Source of the DNA: the human T2T-CHM13v2.0 reference genome, Homo sapiens
Assembly (NCBI RefSeq): GCF_009914755.1
Contig: NC_060935.1
Direction: 5' to 3' (one strand)
Length of the DNA: 64,000 bases
Below are positions 1-15,810 of this stretch, one piece after another (within the stretch, counting starts at the first letter, position 1; each line of letters begins with the position of its first letter). Under the pieces are notes generated by a model. It was not told where the DNA came from and ran no database searches. It saw nothing but the letters and a program-made list of their open reading frames with translations. The position numbers and the translations under genes are program-made.

Positions 1-1972
1 AAGAAAAAAATATTTAAATTGTATCTAACATTCATCGTTCTCTGTACCCCACATCATTCCTGTTTTTTTTTTCTTTTAAATAGACATAGTGTACATAGCC
101 ATTCTCTCATTTCCTTAATCATGTTCACAACAGGTTTATCTGTTTTCTCAGTCTTTGAAAAATGCTAAATTTTGAATTTATTTATCCTTTAGGCTAGTTT
201 AGGTTTTTATATTTTACACATTTTTTAAATCTTTGTATATTTTCTCTTTCTAATATTTTATTTTTTCTTACCTTGTAAAATGAGTAATAACTTTTTCATT
301 TTTTATTTATTTATGAATAAATTTAAAGCTATACAATTTATTTTGAAGGTATCTTTTGCTGTATTTCATAGATTTTGGTGGGAAATATTATTCTTTTTCT
401 TATTTCATAATCCATAATTTGTTTTAATATTCTGTTTAATCCATGGGTTGTTCAAAAGTTTAATTTTTTTTATTTTTGTATACTCGTATCCTAACTTTTT
501 GTTAAAATTGTTGTCTTTCTCTTCTAAAAACCTCTATTTTATTAGCTAATTCTTTTAACTTCTCTCATCTTCTTTCTTTTTCTGTTTATCCACTTTAGGA
601 ATTATGAAATTAGTCTTTGTCCATTCAGTATAGAAAGAGGAGATAGTTCTGTAAATGGTTAAAGATTGGGTGGTCTGCCATTTGTACAGGCTAATAAGTC
701 ACCAGCCTTCTGTTTACTCTGTTTGTAATCTATGCATGTCAAAAGTGGGGATAACTCCTGCCAACCTGCAAAGCTCTTTCTAAATTATTTGAAGGCCAAG
801 AAAATGGGGGATACTAGTACTAGGTGTTGCTAATTTCTTTCTTCTCTTCCTACCCTATCTGGGACCTAAGCAACTTCTGAGATTTTCCTTTCCCAGGACT
901 CTGCTGTACTGATTTACAGGCTTGCATAAAGGCTGGAGAGAAAAAAGTTTCCATCTCTGCATCACAACTTCCAGGCTTTTGCTTCCTGTTAGCATCAGCT
1001 GCTATTTAGCTATGTAGAGCAAGTAAAATGGCTGCTTAGGAACTCACTGGAACTGAAAGGCAAGCTGGAGACATTATTTTGGCATGTTTCTAGATTTCCC
1101 TTTATACCTTTTAAATAAAGTTTTAATTCTGGAAGTTTATAAACTTATCTTTGGCTTGCAAGAGATATAAGATAGTTCAGTACGTACAGCAGAATGGAAA
1201 TCTGAATGCCGGGCTCTCTGCAGTTTCAGCTTTATCCTTGATTGGCACTTGTCCTTAAATCTAAATTTTCTGAAATCCTAGCTTCCACAGCTTATCTTCT
1301 TTGTTGCAACTGCAAAGTCAAACAAGCAAGCTCAGATAGGAAACTTTAGTGCAACCACATTACAGATATTCCATTGTAAAGTACTAACACTTCTTGCATG
1401 GCAATATTGATAACCTCATTTCCTATCTGGTGTTTGAATATGAATCATTGACGATTTAAAACGAGTAAGTAAAATAATAAGGATTGTAGTGGCATTACTA
1501 TTGACCTATTCCAGCCTTGCCCCTTCCCTTAATGATCTCCTAAAAAAAAATCCTTCCTTCATGTTTCTTTCAGCATGATTTTCTTGAATTGCAAACCTAC
1601 TCATGGCACTCTCAGGTGTAAAACACGAAAATGCTTCCTCATAGCTTTTAGCATTTTTTGTTGTCACAAAAAGCAGCTATCTGATTTTTATTTAACACCA
1701 TAGTGCTGCCTTTGACTGCCAGAATATAATTTTCAGTTTATATTTATTTATTGAATAAGTAGTTCACCCAAAGCAGTGGGAGCAGTTTTGTTCACCTTGA
1801 TGACAGGAATTGTGCCTAGTTTTATGTGTCCACACCAAATTTGACACCTGCTATGTGTTCCATAAATATATATTGAAGAAAGTAAGAGATGAAGGAATAG
1901 ATACAGATATGTGTTTTTCTGAGATTTTGAGGAGAATTATCCTTATTGTGGTACAACATTTAGATATGCTGA

Positions 1973-2301
<329 letters not shown>

Positions 2302-2315
2302 AAAACTTAATTTTA

Positions 2316-2870
2316 AACTAGAAATACCATTTGACCCAGCCATCCCATTACTGTGTATATACCCAAAGTATTATAAATCATGCTGCTATAAAGACACATG
2401 CACACATATGTTTATTGCAGCACTACTCACAATAGCAAAGACTTGGAACCAACCCAAATGTCTGACAATGATAGACTGGATTAAGAAAATGTGGCACATA
2501 TACACCGTGGAATACTATGCAGCCATAAAAAATGATGAGTGCATGTCCTTTGTAGGGACATGGATGAAGCTGGAAACCATCATTCTCAGCAAACTATCGC
2601 AAGGACAAAAAACCAAACACCGCATGTTCTCACTCATAGGTGGGAATTGAACAATGTGAACACATGGACACAGGAAGGGGAACATCACACACTGGGGACT
2701 GTTGTGGGGTGGAGGTAGGGGGGAGGGATAGCATTAGGAGATATACCTAATGCTAAATGAGGAGTTAATGGGTGCAGCACACCAACATGGCACATGTATA
2801 CATATGTAACTAACCTGCACGTTGTGCACATGTACCCTAAAACTTAAAGTATAATAATAATAAAAAAAAG
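2316..2870 (+). mobile_element. 5'-truncated L1PA (L1PA3/4-like): ORF2 C-terminus, 3'UTR and poly-A
   Basis: Translates as LEIPFDPAIPLL...HRMFSLIGGN*; G-rich 3'UTR, ...ACTTAAAGTATAATAATAATAAAAAAAA; no convincing TSD. Confidence 0.93.
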
Positions 2871-3319
2871 AAAATTGTTTTCCTAAACTTATTTCTTCTG
2901 AAATGTCCAGAGTACAAAATACTGTGTTCAACACAATGCAACAACATACAGTCTGTACAGAATTGCATTTTCCTCACCACTTCCCTCAGCAGTCATATTT
3001 CTTTTTATCTGGATCCACTTGTCCCTGAGGTGCAACTAATCACTATTCTTTATACAGATCTGAGAACAAAGCCTTGCAAATACTGATACTCAATTAATTC
3101 TTGGGAAGTGCTTTGGTGAACACTTTTATGATAAAAAAGAATAAAATGTAGTTAGAAAGGGCCTTGAGTTACTTAATTTTGTATTCTCCCAGTTTCCTGA
3201 AGAACACAAAATTTAATTTACCCCTGTAGTCTAATATTAATCTTATTTTTAAAAATATTGTTTTAGTGCTTTGCTTAGTAATCCATTCTATTGTCTATTA
3301 GTCAGATTATCCTAGAATC

Positions 3320-3500
3320 TAGTATCTTTAACCTAGGTGGCCTTAGGTATGTTCCATAAAAACTATAACGTCAAATTTCTTCATCAGCAATATGGAAATA
3401 ATAGCTCTATCCTAATAGGCTTGTTGTGAGGATTAGAAATAAAATACACACTAAGTACGTAGAACAATGTCTGGCACTGATTAAGGGCTCAGTATATTTT
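3320..3500 (+). mobile_element. MIR SINE fragment
   Basis: Degenerate MIR core: ...TTTCTTCATCAGCAATATGGAAATAATAG...GGCTTGTTGTGAGGATTAG...AGAACAATGTCTGGCAC. Confidence 0.55.
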
Positions 3501-3924
3501 AGTTATGTTTTTGTTGTTATTCCACATAATATCATATTTTAATTAGTTGCAAGCTCACAGGAGAATGAATATGGCACCACAGCAGCCAGAGTCAGTGTAA
3601 AGAGAAACCTCCAAGTGAGGAATGATTAAGTTGCCCACTATGCTTCCTTCTCCCTTAAAAGTGCCTTTTCTGTTGCATATGTTGATCAAATGAGCAGCCC
3701 ATGACCCATATTCAAATTATGTGTATCTGAATTTTTGAAAATGCATGTATTTAAAGATTCCTAGCACTTCATAGCCAGAAGAAATGTTGATGTCTATAAT
3801 GTCTCCCCCTAATTTTACCAGTGAGAAAACTGAGAACCAAAGAGGATGATTATCTTGATTGAGGTCATGAATAAGCATTCTGACTCCTCACCTGATTCTC
3901 TTTCTCTCTGTCTCTTTCATATAT

Positions 3925-4130
3925 TTAAAGAATATTATTTTGGAATAGTTTTAGATTTACAGAGAACTTACATGAAAAATACGGAGTATGATGCACACCC
4001 AGTTTCCTTGTTATTATCATCTTGCATTACTATGGTATGTTTGTCATAACTAATGAACCAACATTAATGCTTTATTAACTATAATGCATATGTTTTCAGG
4101 TATCATGTTTTCTCCATGATATCTTTTTAT
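3925..4130 (-). mobile_element. Old L1M 3' end fragment
   Basis: AATAGTTTTAGATTTACAGAG...CATCTTGCATTACTATGGTATGTTTGTCATAACTAATGAACCAA resembles the reverse strand of L1MB/MC 3'UTRs. Confidence 0.55.
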
Positions 4131-4214
4131 TTTTTTTGGTTGTGCCTCAACATTGTCCACCTATCCAAACCAGAATTGCTTTGGCCTGTGGAGGGGCTCC
4201 CCTTAAAATGTAAA

Positions 4215-6015
4215 ATAACTAAAAAAGTGCATGAGAACAATGTCTCACCAAATAGAAAATAACACCAAGAAGTTAGAAATTATTTCAACAAATAAAATGG
4301 AAAGTTTGCAGTTGAAAAATACAATTTCAGTGCTAGAGGGGCTCAACAGTAGATGTGATGAGACAGAAGAAAGTATAAGCAAACCTGAATATAGACAAAT
4401 TAAGATGATCTAATATGGAACAAAAATGAAAAAGAATGCAGAGACTTCAACAGAGCTTCAGATTCCTGTGCAGCATGCTTATCATACTGGCATACACATG
4501 ATGGAAGTCCCTGGAAAAAAAGAAGGCTGAAACAGAATAATACTTGAAGGAATAATGGTCAAAAGCTTCCAACATTTTATGAAGTACATTCATGTAAACA
4601 CCTAAGAAGCTCAATGAATTTCAAATAAGATAAACTCAAAAATACCTACACCTAGACACGTATATTTAATTTATCAGAAACCAAAGACAGAAAATTGAAA
4701 GCAACAAGAAAAATGTGTCCCATGATATACAAGGGATCCTCAATAATATTAGCAGCAAATTCCTCATCTGAGACCATGGATGCCAGAAGGCAGTGGGATG
4801 ACTGAAAAGAAAATGAAGAAGAAATTAAGACATTACCTGATAAACACCAGTTGAGAGAATTTGTCACTAACAGACATGCCCTACAAAAATTACTAAAGAA
4901 AAGTAATTCAGTCTTGAATGAAAGGTCAAATTCTAATCCATATGAAGAAATCCTGTAATCCAAACCATAAGCTGTAATCCAAATCCACATGAAGAAATAG
5001 AGTACCCTACAACTACTTATGTAAGTATACATATATATATATATACACACACACACACATACACAAGATAGTTAAAAACATTTCATGCAAAAACCTGTAC
5101 ATAAATATTCATAGCAGCTTATTCACAATAGCCAAAAAGTGGAAATAACCCAATTATCCATCAACTGATGAACAGATAAACTATCATATAACGGCCTTCA
5201 ATGAAATATTTATCTATAAAAAGGAATAACACACTGACACAGGCTATGACATGAAAGGACTTTGAAATTGCTGTGCTAAGTGAAGGAAGCCAGGCGTAAA
5301 AGGCCACACATTATATAATCCCAGTTATATGAAATAACACAAATAGACAAATACATAGGAACAGAAAATAAGTTAGTGCTTTTAGGGGCTGAGGGAAAAG
5401 AGGAATGGGGAATGAATGCTAATAGTCACAGGGTTTATGTAAAACAAGAAAGTTCTGGAATTAGACAGTGGTGATGGTTGCACAACCTGAGGACATGCTA
5501 AAATCCATTGGCTTGTAAACTTCAGAATAGTTAATTATGTTGTCTTAAATATATCTCAACTTAAGATGCACATGCACACAAAACAAAGAGTAAGTAAATT
5601 ATAGAAAAAGCTAAATTATAGAAAAAGCTAAAGAAATAGTGGTATATTCATGCAATTGTATGCTATTTGGAATTATAAAGGAATGAACTAAAGATGCTGA
5701 CAAGATGAATTTCAAAAAGATTTTGAGGAAAAGAAGCCAAAACAAGAGTACATTCTGTGTTATTCCATTCAATTGAAGTTTTAGTGTAAGCAAACAAAAC
5801 TATAGAAACATATTAGACAGTGGTTGCTTGAAGTAGTGGTGGGAGAATGGACTGAGAAAAAGTATGAGGCAACTTCAGTGACAGTGATATTCTTTATGTT
5901 GATTTGTGTGGTGTTTATTTAGATGTATACATTAGTCAAAACCGATTAAAGTGTGCACTTAATATCTGTGTATTTTATGTAAATTTTAAGTCATTACAGT
6001 TGACTTATAAAAAAA
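4215..6015 (+). mobile_element. Old L1M fragments (ORF1-like ~4215-5000; 3' end-like ~5075-6015)
   Basis: A-rich, decayed ORF1-like text (LEGLNSRCDETEESISKPEYR; AGCAAATTCCTCATCTGAGACCATGGATGCCAGAAGGCAGTGG), then L1M 3' motifs (TTCATAGCAGCTTATTCACAATAGCCAAAAAGTGGAA). Confidence 0.65.
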
Positions 6016-7687
6016 AGAATGAGGTAAGAAGTAGTAAGGCCACTTCTGCTGGATTTTAGAACGCTGGAAAATCTGATGTTGGCAATTAAGCCAAATTTAT
6101 TCATTTACTTCACAGGTTTGGGAAAAGAGAAAGTTGTCATTAAATTGACATCAAACAACCAGAAGACAACTTGGGAAAAAGCAGGAATTTATGTCCTTCA
6201 GCTTTTGCTAAGATATTCATGCCATGATATTTGGCCTATGTGAGTAAAGTCTGTCTCTTTGGTTATCTGTAAAATTTATATAAAATATCAATCTATAAAG
6301 ATTAAGTAATCAAAAAGGTACAGGTGTGAAGCTGCAACTCCTTTTTTCTCGGTATGATGTCCTTTGGGGAGATCTTTTCTCTTGAGATCTAGGAAGTACA
6401 TTCATTTATTCTGATACTATTTGCTACCAACATATACATATTCTAGCAGGATGATCATCATTTTGCCCTTGGAATAGAAGTGAAAGAAGAATTGAATGTT
6501 TATGCCAGAGAGGATGTCAGATACATTTATTGGATACCTACCATATGTTTAGCATTTTGCTATATTCTAATTTATTCCTCAAAACTAACCAAAAAAGTGA
6601 GTTTCTATTTTTTATATAAAATACACAAAATATAATATATATTTTGAAATACTCCATTTCTATAAATCCCCATGGCATAGGCTGAGGTTTAAAGGGATTA
6701 TATAACTTATCAAAAACACACCTGTAAGTATCAGAGTTTATATTCAATACTAATTTTGTTTGACTTCAAAATTTGTCCCCTTACTGCTATATCAGATTCC
6801 CTTCCAATTGAGGACCTCTTCTCATGGAGAAAAAAGTTAAGAACAAGAGAAGAAAACTGCCTTGCTCAAGTACACATAGGATAAAACTAAGTGACTGAGC
6901 TGGAATACCAACAGCAGCCTAATAACTTTAATTCAGTGATTTTTCCACCAAAGACTCAACAGCAACTGATAAGTGAGTAGTACTTCTTAACTCTGGTATG
7001 GTTTTTCTGGTGTTTATTCCATGCCTAGATGTTTGCTGATTCTGCAGGCACATCTCTATGGCACCATGTCAATGGTGCCTCTCAGGGATTACAGATCTTC
7101 CTTTGTGTATCAATTGACCTTAGGAGCTTTTCCCAAACCAAAAGAAATAATAGAAGAAAAGGCTAAATATTCTATTTTCAACTTACTTCTCTTGAAAATG
7201 AAACAAAGAGATTTCTGTGGTGAGAATACATATTCAAAAATATAAATCTTGCCAGGGAGTTTGATGTTTTCTTAAGAATGATTTGTAAACATGGACCTCT
7301 AATTACACTGTCATAGAAACTATAGTTTCTAAAATAATTGGAAATTAAAGTCATCCATTCAGTATAAAATCACCAAATTTGATCCCTTCCAGAAAACTGA
7401 GTCAGAATTCAGTGTTCTCTGTCACTTGGGAATTTTTTTGTGAGGATTAAATTAGACAACGCAGGTCGAGCATTAGAACATTGCATGGTATTTAATAAAA
7501 CCTTAAGAAGGATTAGAAATAATGGTGATAATAATGAGGATGATGATGGTATTGGTAAGGTTCTTCTCAAAGAAATTATAGAAGAGTGATGACAAATTAA
7601 TTCAAAGAAAAAGAAATCAAGGAGGCAGAGGTTTCAACATTAAATATGTACATTGCTTTAGAGCTATTTTCTCTGTGCGTTATTTTT

Positions 7688-9574
<1,887 letters not shown>

Positions 9575-9879
9575 TCACTCTTAGAGTCTAGCTTCACATA
9601 GAAAGAACAGTGAGTTAAGAGAAACAGGGATGTAAAAGGGAATAGAAGGAACACAGTTATTGCAAAGAGTTACCAATTGGCCATTGTACTTGATACATAA
9701 ATAAGAAACAACTTTAGTTAATATTTTGATCCCGGTGAAATTATGTTTTGTTATAGGGGGAATAAAATAATAGAAAGAGAAATATAGAAAATTTGAACAA
9801 TTTGCTTTCTCTAATCTTTTGTATGTATACACACACACCAATCTTAGATACATTTAGATATATTTCATTGGGACAAATA

Positions 9880-10460
9880 TATGTACATATTATATAGATT
9901 ATAACCCTTCAGGGCAATTTATAAAGAATCCCACCAATTAGGATACTAATATATATTATTTAATTATATATTAATATATAAGAACTTATAAAATATATGT
10001 AATAATACAGCCTCATAGTTGTATCTTTTTGATTACTTAATCTTTATAGGCTGAGAGTATATATAAATTTTATACATAACCAAAGAGACAGACTTGACCC
10101 ACAGCCCAAATATCATGGTTATATTATAATATATATACACACATAATATATAATAATATATACGTAATATATAATAATGTATATATAATGAATATATGTT
10201 GTAATATATACTATATATCAGATATATACTTATATATTTGTTAATATATAACATTTTCTTATAATTTAGTATATAATATATAAATATATAATATTTATAT
10301 ATTTTTATCTAGTTATATATATTTTTGTCTATTTATAATTATAGATAAGAATATGTGTATGTATACATATGTGTGTACATATGTATATGTGTATATATAC
10401 ATTTATGTGTATGTATGTGTTTTTGTGTGTATATATATAGATATATATACACACATTAGG
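9880..10460. repeat. AT-rich low-complexity / (TA)n-(TATG)n region
   Basis: Long degenerate TA, TATAA and TATG runs seen directly. Confidence 0.85.
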
Positions 10461-10807
10461 ATACTAAAATTTATATATCAGTGTCCTAATTGGTTAGATT
10501 TGATATTAATAAAAAGCAATCTTTGTGCTCTAAAGAATAAAATAATCATATTGAAAGATCTGATTATGATACTAATTTAATGAATTTCTGTTACCAAGCA
10601 AAATGTGGAACCATCCAAAGAAAACTGTGGATCGTTACAGTTCTATTAGTTTATGTTTCATGTATTTTGTTCTTGGGTGCACGTACATTTAGGATTGGCG
10701 TGTCTTTTTGGCAAATTGATCCTTTATCACTGTGTGATGTTCCTATTCATTCTTAAAGTCTTTCTTGCTCTTAAGTTTTCTTTGATGTTTATATGGTCAT
10801 TCCATCT

Positions 10808-11372
10808 GTGGTTGACTCTCAATGACTCACACACTTGTATCATGTCCTCCCTTGAGGCTGAGCAGCAAATATCATGAAACTATATTATGTTCTATGACAA
10901 AAGTTTAGAGGTTTTGCAGATGTAACTAAGGTCCTCAAAGAGTTGATTTTTAGTTAATTAGTTAATCAAAAGTGTGATTATCTGAACAAATCAGGCAAAC
11001 CCTTAAAAACAGAGAAAGGAATTAGCAGCAGATTGTCCACTAATAGCCTCAATAAGGCAAATGGCCATTTTGTTGAGAAGACCATGTGTCAGGAAATGGC
11101 GAGTAGCCTTCAGATGTTGAGAGCCTCAGTCCTACCACCACAAGGAGCTGAATTATGCCAAAACCAGTGAGCATGGAAGGGAAACCCAAGCTTCACCTGA
11201 GATTGCAATCCTGGTAGGCACCTTTATTTCAGATTATTGAGTCCCTGAGCATAAGATTTAGCTAAACTATACCTGGACTACTGACCTACAGACATTGTGA
11301 TATAATAAATTTGTTTTGTTTTAATCCACTAAATTTAAGATAATTTGTTATGCCCTGCTAGAAACCAATCCA
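10808..11372 (+). mobile_element. MLT1 (MaLR) solo LTR, MLT1E/F-like
   Basis: Starts TGTGG; contains TTTTGCAGATGTAACTAAGGTCC and CCACAAGGAGCTGAATT; ends with AATAAATTTGTTTTGTTTTAATCCACTAAATTT...TAATTTGTTA. Confidence 0.7.
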
Positions 11373-12049
11373 ACACTAGTTTTCCTTTGTTCTGTGTTTT
11401 CATGGTATATCTTTTCCATCTTTCTTTTTATTTTTAAGGTACCCATATTACTATATTTTGTATTTTGTTGTTGATAGCATGTAGTTGATTTCTTAAATTA
11501 TTCTGACAATTTTTGTTTTTCAATTGGTATGCTTAGGCCACTTATTTGAGGTACATCAATATAATTATTTAGGTTTGTATTTATGTCTACAATTGTATTA
11601 TTTGCTGTTTATTCTCTCAGTTTCTTAGCTGCAATCCATGGGAGAACAAAGGTACAATGTGAATAATTCATCTTGATCAAAACTAAATCAAGAATCTGTT
11701 CACTTTTAAATAATTCAGAAGAAGAAAAAAATTATATTTACTAATGTATTTACTTTTCTAGTTATTTCTATTTCTTCCAATAAATAAGAATTTCCATTTG
11801 GTGTTATTTTCTTTTAGGCCAAAAGCCTTTCAATTTTCAATTGTAATTTTTTGCATATGGACCAGGACCAGCTTTCAAAAACTCCTGTTTTGTTTTGTCA
11901 ATCTAGAATTATCTATATTTTGCTTCCATTTTTGAAAGTTATTTTAACTAGCTATAAAATTCTATGATGGTGATTTTCTTTTTACTGCATTTTGAACATG
12001 TTCCATTGTTCTTAGACAGCCTTTTATTTTTCTATTTTTCCGCCCCGTG

Positions 12050-12051
<2 letters not shown>

Positions 12052-12096
<45 letters not shown>
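12052..12096. repeat. Pure poly(T) run, ~45 nt
   Basis: Direct count of uninterrupted T. Confidence 0.95.
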
Positions 12097-12098
<2 letters not shown>

Positions 12099-12314
12099 CA
12101 TGGCTTTCATCAATATGCCTAGGTATGGTGTTCTTTGTATGTACTCAGTTGAGATTTACTGAGTTTCCTGGATCTGATACGTATTCAGATACACATTGTT
12201 CTTACACTCTTCAAGTGATCGTGCTTTAGCACTCTTACTGTTCTTATAGAACATGGTTTACTACTCTAGCCATGTTCTTTTGTAAAATTAGTTAATTCAT
12301 TATTTAATCATTTC

Positions 12315-12868
12315 AAATTTTATTTTAGATTTAGGGGGTATATGTACATGTTTGATACATGGGTATATTGCATGATGGTGAGGTTTGGGGTACAGATCCT
12401 GTCACCCAGCAAGTGAGTATATTACCAAATAGGTAGTTTTTCAACCAATTCTCCTTTCCCTCTCACCCCTGTCTAGTAGTCTGCAATGTCCATTATTCTC
12501 ATCTTTATGTTGATTTATACTCATTGTTTAGCTCTCACTTATAAGTGAGAACATGCAGTATTTGGTTTTCTGTTCCTGAGCAATTCACTTAGGATAATGG
12601 CTTCCAGCTGCACCCATGCTGCTGCAAAGGACATGATTTTGTTCTTTTTTATGCTGCATAGTATTCCATGGTGTATATGTAGCAAATTTTCTTATCCAAT
12701 CAACCATTTGGGGGCACCTAGGTTGATTCCATGTCTTTGCTATTATGAATAGTGCTGTGATAAACATACAAGTGCATGTGTCCTTTCGACAGAGTGATTT
12801 ATTTTCCTTTGGGTATACACCCAGTAATGGGATTAATGAGTCAAATGGTAGCTTTGTTTTAGGTTCTT
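12315..12868 (-). mobile_element. Older primate L1 3' end (L1PA15/16- or L1PB-like)
   Basis: GGGTATATTGCATGATGGTGAGGTTTGGGGTACAGATCCTGTCACCCAG...ATAAGTGAGAACATGCAG; minus-strand translation MFITALFIIAKTWNQPRCP. Confidence 0.85.
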
Positions 12869-13429
12869 ACACATTCTGAGACTAAGCTCATTCATGCTTC
12901 TCTAAATATGTAATATGAACACCTTTGAGTTTAGAAAGCAGAACTTTAACTACAAAGTTCCACTAAGACCTGTACAAAAGATTTCCTTCTTCTATGGCAG
13001 ACTAAGGAGTGATATAACACTTCCCTGAAGAATGGTGTTAAAAATTGCAACAGAAATATAACAATCCTCCCCAACCCCACAGCCTATCGCCTGGCTCTGG
13101 ATACCTAAAAGATGCATGCATGCATTCATTCATTTCAGAAATACTCATTAATAAGGCCATGTCCTGTAGGCACTGCGTCCGTAGTGATGAATAAGACAGA
13201 CAAATCTGTGGGTCAGTTTCATAAATAATGATTGCTAGCAGGAAATAATACAGAATAGGGACAAAAGGAAGGAAGCCACTTTAGATTGATCAGTAAAGAT
13301 AACTTTGAGGAGGAACCATTCGGCTAAATGGTGAGAAGTAGACAGTAGTGCAAATATTGGAAAGAACATTTAAGCTAGATAAAATAACACTGTAAAAAAG
13401 CATAACTGACATATCAAAGAAATTTAAAA

Positions 13430-13800
13430 TATCATAAGGAACTCTTTTGAACAACTCCATGTAAATACATGTAACCAACTAGATAAAATTGATAATTCCT
13501 TAGGAAATTGGTAGAGATAATAAATAGAGCAATCTCCATAAAAGAAATAGAAAATATCATAAAGTAACTCCCCCTCAAATAAAAATAAATAAATCAAAAT
13601 TAAAACTACCATGTCCCAATAGTTTCAGAGGGGAATTCTATGAAGTCTTTAAAGATCAGATTATCCTAGAGCTGCTTAGATAGTCCAGAGTACAAAAAAA
13701 GAAAAGCTTCAAAATTGAAAAACTATTTTCATAAAATTAATATAAAATTGACAACAAAATCTGACAAATATTGAAGACACAAAGCACAGACCCATGCAAT
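13430..13800 (+). mobile_element. Old L1M ORF2 fragment
   Basis: Decayed ORF2-like text (AACTAGATAAAATTGATAATTCCTTAGGAAA..., CCCAATAGTTTCAGAGGGGAATTCTAT). Confidence 0.55.
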
Positions 13801-13999
13801 TTATGGCAGGTACCATATGCATATTTTGTTTAATTCTTGGAACAAACCTGAAAAGTTGGAGTTATTATTTCATTTTACATGTGAGAAAATTGAGGCTAAG
13901 TAAAGTTGCCCAGTGTTTTAGAACTTGTAAGGAAGCAACAAATTTTACCATGTTGACACAGCATACTTCCAGGGCTATCACTCCCAGGTTGTCAACTTC

Positions 14000-14250
14000 A
14001 TCTATTCATTAATTCATAAATTAATTCATTCTACACACATTTCTTGAATGCCTACTATGTGTCAGGAACTGTACTAGGTGCTGAAGGATAGACAACAAAA
14101 TAGAATAATAAACAAAAAATAGAATAAACAACAAAACAGACAAAAATTCCTGCTTGCCTGGAATTGATATTCTAGTGAGGGAGACAGACTATATGCAAAA
14201 TAAAAAGTAAAACATGTAATTTGAATGGTAATATTGTTCTGGAAAAATAA
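14000..14250 (-). mobile_element. L2 LINE 3' end
   Basis: TTCATT repeats, then CATTTCTTGAATGCCTACTATGTGTCAGGAACTGTACTAGGTGCTG...AGACAAAAATTCCTGC. Confidence 0.7.
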
Positions 14251-15439
14251 TGTGTATACCTGGCTTGGACCTTTACTCAAGCATGTCAATTGTAACAAGA
14301 CATCTCAAGAAATTGAGAAATTTGAACACAGACTAAAATAATATGATAGTTAATTTTATTAGATTAGATAATGGCATGTGGAGTACTCTAAACAGAAGTG
14401 AGACATAAATGCAGAAAACCTGCTCTTGGATGCTGATGTGAAAGTCAAAATTTCAGACTTTGGCTTAAGTAGCAAATTTGTCTTTGGCAACAAGATGGAT
14501 ACCTCCTGTGGCAGTCCCCCATGGGACCCTAAATTCTTCCAGGGCCAAAGGTATGATGGGCTTGAGGTTGATGTGTAGAACTTGGGAGTCATATATACAC
14601 TGATCAGTGGGGCTCTGCCTTTTGATGCACAGAAATCCAAGGAGCTGTGAGAGGAAGTACTGAGAGTGCAATACCATATTCCCTTGTACATATCCATGGA
14701 ATGTGGAAACCTGCTCAAGAAATTTATCCTTCTAAATCCCAGCAAGAGAGTCATATTAGAGAAAATAATTAAAGATTGATGGATGAATGTAGACCATTAA
14801 GATAATAAACTAAAGCCAGATGTAGAGCCATTCCCTGACTATTAGGACTCCAGTGGACTGAGTTGACAGTGTCTGTGGTTACATACTGGAAGAGACCCAG
14901 GACTCACTCATGGGCCAGGAGTACAATGAAGTGATGGCCACCTATCTGTTCCTTAGCTAGAAGAGGTCTGAGTTGGAGGACTGCACCATCATTCTGAAGC
15001 CCAGTTTTCAGTTGATTTGAGCAATAGCAGTGTACCTTTCCATCCCATAGAGTATAGCACAGCAACTCTGCCAACCCCATACAGCTGAGTTCCAGAAAGC
15101 CTGCCAATTCCCACCTTTAATTCCCACTCTCAGAATACCCAAAGTAGCAATGCAGAAAATCAGTGGCCTGTGGAGGACCAGGAGTCAGGGACGAAGACCA
15201 ACAGTATAGCCAGTGGGTCTGCCAGGCCCCTCCATGGTCTGGAGAGGAAGAAAAAAAACCCTCCAAAGCAATTTCTCCACAAACACAAATCAAAGCAGAA
15301 ATTTACAACTTTTGGAGAGGGCCAGCCTTGGTGAGTTATCCACTCAGCATGGAAAAGACTGCCTGACTATGCCGGGGTTTGGGTCTCCATGGCTTCTGCT
15401 TCCACCATAGTGTCCCCAGTTCCTCTCAGCCTGCACCAG

Positions 15440-15810
15440 TGCCTTAGTGCATTATAGCCACTATAATCAAATACCTTAGACTTGGTAATTTATAAACAAC
15501 AGAAATGTATTGTTCACAGTTCTAGACACTGGGAAGTCCAAGATCTATGGCTGTAGCAAATCCAGTGTCTGGTGAGGGCTCATTCTCTGCTTCATAGATG
15601 GCTCCTTCTCACTGTGTCCTCAAATGGCAAAGGGACAAACAAGCTCCCTCAGGTCTCTTTTGTAAGGGCATGAGTCCCATTCATGAAGGCAGAGCTCTCA
15701 TGATCTAATCACTTTCCAAAGGCCTTATCTCTTAATACTATTGCATTGCTTGTAACATATAAGTTTTAACATATAAATTTTGGGAGGACACAAACACTCA
15801 GACCATAGCA
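15440..15810 (-). mobile_element. MLT1A/MLT1A0-like MaLR solo LTR inserted in the MARK2 pseudogene
   Basis: TG...CA termini (TGCCTTAG...GACCATAGCA), 371 bp, typical ATAAACAACAGAAAT...CACAGTTCT...GGGAAGTCCAAGATC; 5-bp TSD ACCAG/ACCAA. Confidence 0.85.

Larger units (their letters stand above)
10650..12200 (-). mobile_element. Old L1M body fragments, interrupted by an MLT1 LTR
   Basis: T-rich L1M-like text (GGGTGCACGTACATTTAGGATTG..., TTTCATGGTATATCTTTTCCATC) on both sides of the LTR. Confidence 0.5.

Noticed and set aside
5595-5628. 17-bp tandem duplication TAAATTATAGAAAAAGC
   Set aside because: Real but trivial slippage product within old L1 sequence.
14359-15107. Minus-strand ORFs of 131, 70 and 67 aa
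   Set aside because: Antisense shadows of the plus-strand MARK2 pseudogene, with no independent protein signature.
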